A stretch of DNA of 64,000 nt from an uncultured Candidatus Saccharibacteria bacterium (GTDB taxonomy: Bacteria; Patescibacteriota; Minisyncoccia; 2-02-FULL-40-12). Below, piece after piece: positions 8,414 to 17,159 of the stretch. The notes beneath the pieces are model-generated. The model was given only the letters and a program-made list of their open reading frames with translations. It searched no databases and had not been told where the DNA came from. Position numbers and translations under genes: made by a program. The DNA is taken from NCBI GenBank assembly GCA_964368135.1, contig CAYIZI010000001.1, positions 42,926 through 106,925 of the forward strand, given 5' to 3'. Within the stretch, counting starts at the first letter, position 1. The number at the start of each line of letters is the position of its first letter.

Positions 8414-9463
8414 TTACAAAACTTCAACCTCCACCAGCGGCCACGGACCAAAGTCGCCTTTGTGAAGAATCCCGGCTTTGGGACCGTATTGAGCCACTAC
8501 CGAAGAAGCATTAGCTGTGGCGAATTGGATTGATTTAGTGATATCGCCATTAGATAAAATGTATTGAGCAGTAAAACCTGAAACAAAAGCGTCGCCGGCG
8601 CCGGTGCGTTCAACTTTCGGCGAATCCGGTGTCCCAGCCCGATAAATATTTTTCTTATCTGAAACCAAAACTCCTTTTGGCCCGAGCGTCAAAACCACAA
8701 TCCCCTTCACCAGCTTATCCAATTCTTTTAAAACATCTTCTTTGGTCATTCCTCCATTAGAGTTTGACTGGTCATTGGGATTTGTAATTTGGGATTTTAG
8801 CAAGCTTTTTGCTTCTTCCAAATTGACGCTGAAAATATCAACCTCCGTCAGATAAGGTCTTAAATTCTCTAACCCATTAGCTATCTCTTTTCCGCCAGGA
8901 TTAAAAGCAATTTTAAAATTCCTGGTACTAATATATTCAAATGCTTTTTGTAATAAATCCAAGTTCCCGCCCAGACTGCCTAAAAAAAACCACTTGGCTT
9001 TTAATTTTTTCCATTTAATTTCCTGAAGATTAAGATGTTGACCCTCGCCTTTGTAGCTTAAAATAGTTCGTTCAGCATTTGGATGGACTAAGATAACCGA
9101 GTAAGCGGTGTAATCATCTTTATGAGTCACAAAAAATAGCTTAACTCTTTCTCGTTTTAACTCTTTAATCACCTCTTTTCCGTTAAAATCATTGCCAACC
9201 ATACTGACACAGCCGGTCTTAAGGCCTTGCCTGGCAAAAGTTACGGCTGTATTGGTTGCTCCACCGCCGGTGGTAAAAACAACCTCTCTTATTTCAATCT
9301 TCGCGCCCAAAGGAAAACACTGCTCCACACCGGTCGGCGAATCAGCCCGGCCTTCACTTGCACGCAAGTGAGGGCCGTGCTTGCGGATTTCAAAACCCTC
9401 GCTTTTCAAAAAGACATCGCGGGTAGCCGAACCAATCGTAATAATATCTAATATACTAAACAT
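8414..9463 (-). CDS. PfkB-family carbohydrate/nucleoside kinase (ribokinase-like)
   Basis: Begins MFSILDIITIGSATRDVF and ends with the GAGDAFVSGF anion-hole/ATP motif characteristic of the PfkB family. Confidence 0.75.
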   Translation of the reverse strand: MFSILDIITIGSATRDVFLKSEGFEIRKHGPHLRASEGRADSPTGVEQCFPLGAKIEIREVVFTTGGGATNTAVTFARQGLKTGCVSMVGNDFNGKEVIKELKRERVKLFFVTHKDDYTAYSVILVHPNAERTILSYKGEGQHLNLQEIKWKKLKAKWFFLGSLGGNLDLLQKAFEYISTRNFKIAFNPGGKEIANGLENLRPYLTEVDIFSVNLEEAKSLLKSQITNPNDQSNSNGGMTKEDVLKELDKLVKGIVVLTLGPKGVLVSDKKNIYRAGTPDSPKVERTGAGDAFVSGFTAQYILSNGDITKSIQFATANASSVVAQYGPKAGILHKGDFGPWPLVEVEVL

Positions 9464-10091
9464 TGCTCGTCGTTAATTCTTTTAATGCCTCTCCAATATT
9501 ATCGCTCTTAAAAATATAGCTTCCGACTGCTGCCCGGCTAACCCCGACAGCTTCAACCAACTTTACTATTTCGGGTTTAATTCCGCCATCAACCTGAATT
9601 ACCTTATTTGGATATTGGCTTTGGAAATTCTTGATTTTCTCCAAAACTTCTGGCAAAAACGGCGAACCGTAAAAACCAGGGTCTACAGTCATGAACTGGA
9701 CTAAATCAATCCGATCTGTATAAGGTTCCGATACTATCCAGTTTGTTTGGGGATTAAAAACAAGGCCAATCTCTTTACCATTGGTGCTTAATTCATTTAT
9801 AACGGCATCAATCTCGGCGGTACTCTCCCAATGAATTAGAAACCTTATGGCTTTTGTTTTTAGCCAGCGGCCGATCTGGCCCTCCGGATTATTAACCATC
9901 AAATGAACTTCAAAGTTAAGTTTTGTGTTTATTTTTTGCAATTCCTCATAGCCGCCGATAGTTTTATTCGGCACAAATGCACCATCGGCAATATCTAAGT
10001 GGACTAAATCAGTATGAGGCTCTACCGCGCGAATCATTGTTTCAAATTCTTCTGGCGTTTTAGCGAGGATGGCAGGAATAATTTTTATCAT
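9456..10091 (-). CDS. rpe: Ribulose-phosphate 3-epimerase
   Basis: LHLDIADGAFVPN, HLMV and MTVDPGF...VDGGI motifs. Confidence 0.85.
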   Translation of the reverse strand: MIKIIPAILAKTPEEFETMIRAVEPHTDLVHLDIADGAFVPNKTIGGYEELQKINTKLNFEVHLMVNNPEGQIGRWLKTKAIRFLIHWESTAEIDAVINELSTNGKEIGLVFNPQTNWIVSEPYTDRIDLVQFMTVDPGFYGSPFLPEVLEKIKNFQSQYPNKVIQVDGGIKPEIVKLVEAVGVSRAAVGSYIFKSDNIGEALKELTTSNV

Positions 10092-11053
10092 ATCAAATTC
10101 GGCGGTGTTTTCCCTTCCAGTGCCTCAATTATATTTTTCGCGGTCAGTTCGGCCATCTTATTTCTTGTTTCTTCGGTGGCCGAAGCAATGTGGGGAGTCA
10201 AAATTATGTTGTTTAATCTTAACAGCTCGGGCTCCACTTTAGGCTCGTTTTCAAAAACATCAATCGCCGCTCCGCGAATCCAGCCATCGCTCAAAGCCCT
10301 GGCTAAAGCTTTTTCATCTATCACCGGCCCTCGGGAAGTATTTACTAAATAAGACGTTCTCTTCATTGACTTTAACCGGTTCTCATTGATTAAGTGGCGA
10401 GTTGATTCAAGAAGCGGAACGTGCAAAGAAACATAATCGCATTGGGGCAGTAGATTATCAATATTATTAAAAAAACTGGCCCCAAATTCTTCTTCAAACT
10501 TCTCGTCCTGTTTTACGTCAGTGTATAAAACTTTCATTCCAAAACCTTTGACCGCATGATAAGCAACCCGCGAACCGATTCGGCCAAGCCCAACCACGCC
10601 CAAATTTTTACCAGACAAATCACTGCCGAGCATTAGCATCGGCCCCCAGGCCTGATACAATCCGGCTCGGGTAAATTTATCGGCTTCGGCAATGCGATGG
10701 CTTATTGCCAACATCAAAGCAAAGGTGTGCTCGGCTACGGTATCGGTCAAGACGCCGGGCGTATTAGTAACCATTATGTTTCTTGTTTTGGCCGCTTCTA
10801 AATCAATATTGTCAAAACCAACCGCCATATTGGCGATTATTTTCAGACTCGGCAAGCCGGCATCCATAACTTCTCCATCAATCTGGTCGGTTAAAACAGA
10901 AAGTAAAGCATCAGCCCCTTTAATGCCAACTAAAATTTCCTCTTTGTCTGCCGGTCGATCCCTTGCCTGTTCGTTAACTAAAATCTCATAGCCCTTGCCG
11001 CGCAGCATTTCCACTCCTGCCTCCGGAATTGGTCTGGTAATAAATATTTTCAT
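10088..11053 (-). CDS. D-isomer-specific 2-hydroxyacid dehydrogenase family protein (glyoxylate/hydroxypyruvate reductase or PGDH-like)
   Basis: NAD-binding GKNLGVVGLGRIGSRVA motif and the catalytic region ending ...TPHIASAT. Confidence 0.75.
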   Translation of the reverse strand: MKIFITRPIPEAGVEMLRGKGYEILVNEQARDRPADKEEILVGIKGADALLSVLTDQIDGEVMDAGLPSLKIIANMAVGFDNIDLEAAKTRNIMVTNTPGVLTDTVAEHTFALMLAISHRIAEADKFTRAGLYQAWGPMLMLGSDLSGKNLGVVGLGRIGSRVAYHAVKGFGMKVLYTDVKQDEKFEEEFGASFFNNIDNLLPQCDYVSLHVPLLESTRHLINENRLKSMKRTSYLVNTSRGPVIDEKALARALSDGWIRGAAIDVFENEPKVEPELLRLNNIILTPHIASATEETRNKMAELTAKNIIEALEGKTPPNLI

Positions 11054-11493
11054 AATTGATCAATCTTATTGATCCTTCTGACGTGTCTCTCTTCGCCGGT
11101 AAATTTGGTCTTGAACCAAATCTCAAGCGCTTTTTTAGCCGCTTCTTCATTTACAAAAAAAGTGCCAAGCGATAATACATTAGCGTTATTATGCTCGCGA
11201 GCCAGCTTAATGATTTCTTCTGAACCTCCCTCATATACGGCAGCCCTTACTCCTCTATACCGATTAGCCACCATTGCCTCGCCCTGGCCGGACATACCCA
11301 AAACTATAGCTTCCGAGTTTTCCGGGTCTTGAGAAACTTTTTGGGCAGCTTTGTGAACAAAATCCGGATAATCATCGTCTTTATCATAAACGAAAGCACC
11401 CATGTCTACATATGGATAACCCCACTCGGTCAACCATTCTTTAATTTTCTCTTTAAGTTTAAAACCGCGATGATCGGTAGCTAGGTATATCAT
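11050..11493 (-). CDS. rpiB: Ribose-5-phosphate isomerase B (RpiB/LacA/LacB family)
   Basis: MIYLATDHRGFKLKEKI...AIVLGMSGQGEAMVANRYRGVRAA. Confidence 0.85.
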   Translation of the reverse strand: MIYLATDHRGFKLKEKIKEWLTEWGYPYVDMGAFVYDKDDDYPDFVHKAAQKVSQDPENSEAIVLGMSGQGEAMVANRYRGVRAAVYEGGSEEIIKLAREHNNANVLSLGTFFVNEEAAKKALEIWFKTKFTGEERHVRRINKIDQL

Positions 11494-12497
11494 CTTAGTC
11501 TATTAAGATAATTAACCGCTTGGAGCAGGGCGCAAGTACCCTGTCCGGCGGCAATGACAATCTGCTTAAACGGCACATCAGTCACGTCGCCGGCGGCAAA
11601 AAGACCCGGAATATTAGTTTCACAGTTTTTGGAAACCACAATTTCGCCGAAATTATTCTTCTCGACGCCTTCGGACACAAGACCGCTATTTGGCACCATG
11701 CCGATATGAATAAAAATACCGTCAACTTTCAGCTCCGACGTTTCAGTCGGAGCCCCGACTTCCGACGTCGGGGTTCCTTTATTTATTTGATACATTAATC
11801 CCCTAACAAAACCATCGCCAAAAATACTGGTGGTTTTAGCATTATAAATCACCTCCACATTTTTCTTGTTCAATAAATTATCTATCAAAACCTGGTCGCC
11901 CTTGAAAGCCGGGTTTTTGTTTATAACATAAACTTTTGAAGCAATATCAGCCATCATTATGCCAGCTTCCAAAGCCGAGTTGCCGCCGCCGATTACAGCC
12001 ACAGTTTTCCCCGGAAACAGGGGGCCGTCGCAAACCGTACAATAACTCACCCCTTTGTTTCTTAATTCTTTCTCGCCCGGGACATTCAACTCTCGGGGGT
12101 GGACGCCGGTGGTTACTATCACGGTTTTAGCGATATAATCGCATTTTGGGGCGCTATTTCCATCTTCTGATATCTTCTCGGCGGCCATAGTCGTTTCTTT
12201 TCCGGTCTTGGCGGTTATACAAAAAGTGCCGTCTTCCTGTTTTGAAATTTTTTCAACTTCAACTCCGATTTCCGGCTCAACGCCGTAGTCGGACAGATGC
12301 TTTTTGAATTTATCGGCCAATTCAATGCCGTCGGTATCAGGCACACCCGGATAATTATCTACTTCGCCGGAAGTAGCCACCTCCCCGCCAAAATCCTTGG
12401 AAATTATTTTGAAACTCAAGTTCCGCCGCACCGCATAAATGGCGGCAGCCGTTGCGGCCGCCGAACCACCAATAATAATTAAATCGTATTTATTCAT
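11490..12497 (-). CDS. trxB: Thioredoxin-disulfide reductase
   Basis: FAD motif DLIIIGGSAAATAAAIYA, redox-active CTVCDG and NADPH motif VAVIGGGNSALE. The start is taken at MNKYDL (12497), because the upstream extension is hydrophobic junk. Confidence 0.8.
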   Translation of the reverse strand: MNKYDLIIIGGSAAATAAAIYAVRRNLSFKIISKDFGGEVATSGEVDNYPGVPDTDGIELADKFKKHLSDYGVEPEIGVEVEKISKQEDGTFCITAKTGKETTMAAEKISEDGNSAPKCDYIAKTVIVTTGVHPRELNVPGEKELRNKGVSYCTVCDGPLFPGKTVAVIGGGNSALEAGIMMADIASKVYVINKNPAFKGDQVLIDNLLNKKNVEVIYNAKTTSIFGDGFVRGLMYQINKGTPTSEVGAPTETSELKVDGIFIHIGMVPNSGLVSEGVEKNNFGEIVVSKNCETNIPGLFAAGDVTDVPFKQIVIAAGQGTCALLQAVNYLNRLR

Positions 12498-12560
12498 AAA
12501 ATAATCATAACAGATAATCCCGCAAACAAAAAACCCAACTGGGGTTAAAACCAACTGGGT

Positions 12561-12950
12561 TTAAAAACTGATCGCTATCCTCAAATTATGAGTTCCGGCA
12601 ATGGTGTGGGCAACGGTTATGGCAACAGGCAACAGATACCACAGTTTGTGGTCTCTTTTCTTCATTTCATAGCTAGCATAGAACACCCCGGCGTCGACAG
12701 ATCCTTGAACCACATAGAGCCACGGCTTCCCTGCTTCTACAAAAGGTCTCATCAAGGGATTTAGCTCTCGGCCATTCTCATGCCTGCTAAAGGCAAAATA
12801 GGTGCTCTCCACGTCATAAATTGTGGAGCCGATCATAAGGGAATTCACGGTCCAGAATTTACTGTCGGCCACTTTTTCTTGCGTCTGGGCAAATGCCATA
12901 GAGCCGATCAGTAGTAAAAAAATGCTCAAAATCAGTGTTTTCTTCGGCAT
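12561..12950 (-). CDS. Hypothetical secreted protein (signal peptide)
   Basis: N-terminal MPKKTLILSIFLLLIGSMAFAQ signal-peptide-like segment. 129 aa with no known family. Confidence 0.45.
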   Translation of the reverse strand: MPKKTLILSIFLLLIGSMAFAQTQEKVADSKFWTVNSLMIGSTIYDVESTYFAFSRHENGRELNPLMRPFVEAGKPWLYVVQGSVDAGVFYASYEMKKRDHKLWYLLPVAITVAHTIAGTHNLRIAISF

Positions 12951-13006
12951 TTCCTTCCGCCTTTCTTTTTAAACTGCTAATATATATTATACCACTAAAC
13001 GCCAAA

Positions 13007-14404
13007 ATGAAAAGGTACCTGCTGATAATCCTGGCTCTAAGTATTGCGACTCATTTCGCTTTTTTCGGCTATCCGCCAGAAACGGTCTTTGACGAAGTTC
13101 ACTTTGGGAAGTTTGTTTCCGGCTACTTTACCGGCGAATACTATTTTGACATTCATCCGCCGCTGGGAAAACTTATCATTGCCGGCATGGCTAAAATTTC
13201 GGGCTTTGAGCCGGGCTTTTCTTTTGAAACCATCGGCCAGGAATACCAGGATAACTCTTATAAATGGTTAAGATTTTTACCAAAACTTGCCGGTAGCCTA
13301 TTACCGGCAATTGCTTTCTTAATCGCATTGGAGTTAGGCATCAGCCAGAAATTCGCCTTTCTGGCCGGACTGCTGATTGTTTTTGAAAACTCATTACTTG
13401 TTCAGTCGCGTCTTATTCTACTTGACTCTTTTCTGCTTCTTTTTGGATTTTTAGGAATCCTTTTTTATCTTAAATTTAGAAAAACCGACGATCTAAAACC
13501 TAAAACCTATCCGGCTATCTGGCTTTTTCTTGCTGGTTTCTTCGCCGCCTTAGCCGCCTCAATAAAATGGACTGGCCTTGGCTTTCTGGCTTTAATGGGG
13601 ATTTTTTATTTTATCAATTTACTCAAATCCCCAGTAGCAGAACCTCGCAGACTCGGCTCACTACGGGGCACGGCAGAAGAAAAGTTAAAACTGGCACTTA
13701 AGGGCCTGGTGTTTTTAATAGTCATACCGTTTATGATTTACTTTTTAATTTTCGCTGTTCATTTTACCTTCCTTGATAAACCAGGGCCAGGTCTTGCCTT
13801 CCATCCGCCTAATTTTCAGGAAGATAATATTTTTAAAAAATTTGTTGAACTGAATACTGAACTTTATGCAAGCAATGCCCGGCTTACCGCCACTCATCCC
13901 TATTCCAGCCAGTGGTATGAGTGGCCGCTTATGATTCGCTCGGTTTTTTACTGGCAAGGAGACAACGAACGCATCTATCTTTTAGGCAATCCGCTGATTT
14001 ACTGGCTCTCAACAGTTGCCGTGATTTATTTTTTAGTTAACTTTTTCAAAAATAGAAAAAATTTCAGTTATTCGTCCCGATTCGCTTCCAGCGAATCGAG
14101 GATCCTCGATTTTCGTTTACGAAAATCGGGATTATTAGTTATCGGTTATTTGTTAAACTTATTGCCTTTCATCTTCATCGGCCGGGTGATGTTTCTGTAC
14201 CATTACTTCATCTCCCTGATTTTCGCGGTTTTAATTACGGCTTATTCACTGGATAAACTTGATTTTGAGCATAAAAAAACTGCCTTCAATGCAATTTTAG
14301 CTGGTTCAGTAGTTTTGTTTCTATTTTTCTCGCCATTGACTTACGGCTTCTCGATTCCAGAATGGTATTATAAGCTTTTAGTCTGGTTACCTTCTTGGAG
14401 ATAA
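13007..14404 (+). CDS. GT-C fold membrane glycosyltransferase, PMT/GT39-like (dolichyl-phosphate-mannose-protein mannosyltransferase family)
   Basis: Polytopic membrane protein with the first-loop motif DEVHFGKF...YYFDIHPPLGK typical of PMT-family transferases. Start taken at MKRYLL. Confidence 0.7.
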   Translation: MKRYLLIILALSIATHFAFFGYPPETVFDEVHFGKFVSGYFTGEYYFDIHPPLGKLIIAGMAKISGFEPGFSFETIGQEYQDNSYKWLRFLPKLAGSLLPAIAFLIALELGISQKFAFLAGLLIVFENSLLVQSRLILLDSFLLLFGFLGILFYLKFRKTDDLKPKTYPAIWLFLAGFFAALAASIKWTGLGFLALMGIFYFINLLKSPVAEPRRLGSLRGTAEEKLKLALKGLVFLIVIPFMIYFLIFAVHFTFLDKPGPGLAFHPPNFQEDNIFKKFVELNTELYASNARLTATHPYSSQWYEWPLMIRSVFYWQGDNERIYLLGNPLIYWLSTVAVIYFLVNFFKNRKNFSYSSRFASSESRILDFRLRKSGLLVIGYLLNLLPFIFIGRVMFLYHYFISLIFAVLITAYSLDKLDFEHKKTAFNAILAGSVVLFLFFSPLTYGFSIPEWYYKLLVWLPSWR

Positions 14405-14606
14405 AAAAAGAGCCTCGTTTCTCCTTGCGAAGAAACGGGGCTGGCGAATCACCTGATATAAAGAAGTTCCTTAGTGGAAATAATAGTACTAAACCTCAAT
14501 TTTTCTTAATTTAATGTTGATTTTTACCATTACTGTCCACTAAGCAACCTCCCCTTTTCCCCTGATAATGCCATTATAACACAGCTATATTTGTTGTCAA
14601 GTTTTG

Positions 14607-14849
14607 TTAATTTACCCCGAGTGCTTCATCTATCGCCCCTCGGTCAAATCCAACAATCACCTTGCCGTCAATTAAAATCAGCGGCACAGCCATTTGGCCG
14701 CTTATCTGAACAAGCTCCTGAATTCTGTCAGGATTCTTGCCCAAATCTATTTCTTCATACTCAACTCCTTTTTCTTTAAAGTATTCTTTAGCCCCCTTGC
14801 AGTAAACGCAAGTCGGAGTGGTGTAAATTTTTACGGTTTTTTGTTCCAT
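14607..14849 (-). CDS. Glutaredoxin-like protein
   Basis: 80 aa with a CVYC active site in a thioredoxin-fold context (KIYTTPTCVYCKGAKEYF). Confidence 0.75.
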   Translation of the reverse strand: MEQKTVKIYTTPTCVYCKGAKEYFKEKGVEYEEIDLGKNPDRIQELVQISGQMAVPLILIDGKVIVGFDRGAIDEALGVN

Positions 14850-14901
14850 TAATTTAATTATAACAAAAGAAAAAATATCATCAAGATGATATAATCAAAA
14901 T

Positions 14902-16050
14902 ATGAGAACAGGAATTGCGAATTTTACTTTAGATTACGGAAAAGCCCCCCGGTGGCTGATTGAACGGATGGTAAAACTCGGCCGGATAATCGGCATTGCT
15001 ATTGTTGAAGAATTCGGAACCGAGGAATTCATAAAACGGCTGTCTGATCCGGTCTGGTTTCAGAGTCTTGGCTGTGTCCTTGCTTTTGACTGGAACGCAT
15101 CGGGTCTCACCACAACCACCATGGGCGCCCTAAAAGAGGCCTTTCGCGGACTTGAGCAAGAATTCGGCATTTATATTTGCGGCGGCAAAGGCAAAACCTC
15201 GCGCAAAACGCCTGATGAAATTTTTGATTGGGGATTAAAAATTGGGCTGGACGAAAACAAGGGTAAACGGTTGATTTTTGCTTCCAAAGCCGCGGCCAAA
15301 GTAGATAGTTCTCTGATTCAAGACGGTTTTCAAATCTATCACCATAATTTTATCTTCACTCATAACGGAAAATGGTCAGTAATCCAGCAAGGCATGAATA
15401 CAATTTGGCAAAAAGCCAGGCGCTACCACTGGTTCGGCGATTTAACTTTGTCTGATTTTGTGAACGAGCCTCATAGCGGTATCGCCAGTCAGGCAAAATT
15501 AAAACAGGTATTAAATCTAACCTCTGGCCATAGCGAGAAAAATAGAGTCATATCAACTCAATTGGTGGATGACCGGAAAAATTTAGTCAAAGATATTAAT
15601 CTTATCCAAACATTCTCAAACCCAACAGCTTCCCTTTTTGAAAATGATGGAGTAAAAATCCTCAACCTGACTGACAATGACTTTAGAACTCATCGGGTGG
15701 TAGATGAAAAAATCAATTTTGAATCGCCGCATCTCAAAAAAAGCTTTGATAAAATTTTCACCGAACAGCCAAAAACCTTTCAAGATTTAATGATGATCCG
15801 CGGCGTCGGGCCAAAAACTATTCGCGCCTTGTCTTTGGTCGCCGAAATAATCTATGGCGCCAAGCCCTCATACGAGGACCCGGCCCGCTACTCATTTGCC
15901 CATGGCGGCAAAGACCATATCCCCTACCCGGTTGACCGCCAGACTTATGACAAAACCATTGACATTATGGGGCGAGCCGTCAGAAACGCTAAGAATCTCT
16001 CCTCAAAAGAAAAAGACGGCGTCCAGCGCCGCCTTGCCCAGATAAATTGA
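14902..16050 (+). CDS. DUF763-like protein with a C-terminal helix-hairpin-helix motif
   Basis: The N-terminus MRTGIANFTLDYGKAPRWLIERM resembles DUF763 proteins as I recall them. The C-terminal IRGVGPKTIRAL is an HhH motif. Function unknown. Confidence 0.45.
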   Translation: MRTGIANFTLDYGKAPRWLIERMVKLGRIIGIAIVEEFGTEEFIKRLSDPVWFQSLGCVLAFDWNASGLTTTTMGALKEAFRGLEQEFGIYICGGKGKTSRKTPDEIFDWGLKIGLDENKGKRLIFASKAAAKVDSSLIQDGFQIYHHNFIFTHNGKWSVIQQGMNTIWQKARRYHWFGDLTLSDFVNEPHSGIASQAKLKQVLNLTSGHSEKNRVISTQLVDDRKNLVKDINLIQTFSNPTASLFENDGVKILNLTDNDFRTHRVVDEKINFESPHLKKSFDKIFTEQPKTFQDLMMIRGVGPKTIRALSLVAEIIYGAKPSYEDPARYSFAHGGKDHIPYPVDRQTYDKTIDIMGRAVRNAKNLSSKEKDGVQRRLAQIN

Positions 16051-16055
16051 GAGTT

Positions 16056-16813
16056 TCAAAGATTAATGAGCTTCTGGGCCAGCTTTCTCACCCCCTCTTT
16101 CCACAGAGCCGGTTCGGTCGTGTCAATGTCAGCCAGAAGATAAGCCGGCGGTTTTTTCAAAATCCACTTGCCGCCGCCTTCTCTGGACCAGCGATAATGG
16201 TGCGGCGTTCTCCGCCACATCTCCTTGAATTTAATCACTGCTCCTTTCTGCTGTCCCTTGCCTTCTTTCCAGGTGCTCTTTGCACCGCCGAAGAAATCTT
16301 CAGACGAATCTTCGTAAGAGGCTGAGAGCATTCGGCCCAACATCACTTCTGGATCAGTATAGGTTCGGATAAAGAAGAGTTCTGCTCCGGCCTTGGCGAC
16401 TTTTGCTTTCAAGCTGGCTCTTTTTTTCTCATCAGCAAAGTCAGCATCAAAAATGACATTGCCGCCCCGTTTCAAGATTTCAAGAGATACATTTTCGGCA
16501 ATCTGCCGGACATAGAGATACTTCTCGCCGACTTTTCGAAGCTGGACCCTGATCGCATCTCCTTCAATTACCACGCCGCCGATCCTCAAGCCAGCTCTTT
16601 GGCCACCGAGCTCTTGCCCGAACCGACAAGTCCCAAAAGAGCAACAACAACCCTGTTTTTGGTCTTGCGTTTGACAGGCCCAATATCAGACTGAACCTTG
16701 TTGATGAAGGCTTCTTGGGCCTTTTTTGCTTTAGCAGAGAGGGTTTCTTTCCTATGAACCATTACCTTCATGATAAAAGGCAGAATGGCCTCGGTCAATC
16801 TTCTAAACATCAC
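16056..16813 (-). pseudogene. P-loop (AAA-domain) kinase/ATPase gene interrupted by a frameshift
   Basis: The Walker A segment ...LLGLVGSGKSSVAKELA-stop (16586-16813) continues in another frame as GLRIGGVVIEGDAIR... (16056-16589). The two ORFs overlap by 4 nt, and together they give a ~250-aa kinase-like protein. Confidence 0.55.
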
Positions 16814-16936
16814 TCACCTCCGTATACGTATAAAAGTTTAAAACCAACCCAAACGAGCTAATTTAAAAATACCACGAAAAACTAAGAGTGTCAAAAACAA
16901 AAACTGCAAACATGAAACTTTAGCTTAAGGGCCGCA

Positions 16937-17137
16937 GGGTATAGCCAATTTCCGAGAGTTCGGCCGGAGCAGATACAAATAACCGAAGCGAGTAAAAATT
17001 TGCCGGTAACACAAAGTTGGTGGAGGATCCAATTTTGTCGGCAAATTTTAGTGAGTAAATTCTTATTTACGAACAATACTCGCTGAGGATTATTTGTCTG
17101 CGGAGGTTGCTTGAGGAAATTGGCTATACCCGAGAGC
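16937..17137. repeat. ~200-bp element bounded by perfect 17-bp terminal inverted repeats (GGGTATAGCCAATTTCC ... GGAAATTGGCTATACCC), with internal nested hairpins
   Basis: The terminal IRs were read directly (16937-16953 and 17115-17131) and each is followed by CGAGAG. The internal long hairpin AAAATTTGCCG...CGGCAAATTTT is at ~16996-17050. The element is non-coding and lies between the clpC 3' end and the kinase pseudogene 5' end. Confidence 0.6.
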
Positions 17138-17159
17138 CCTAATTGGATGTTTGCGGTTT

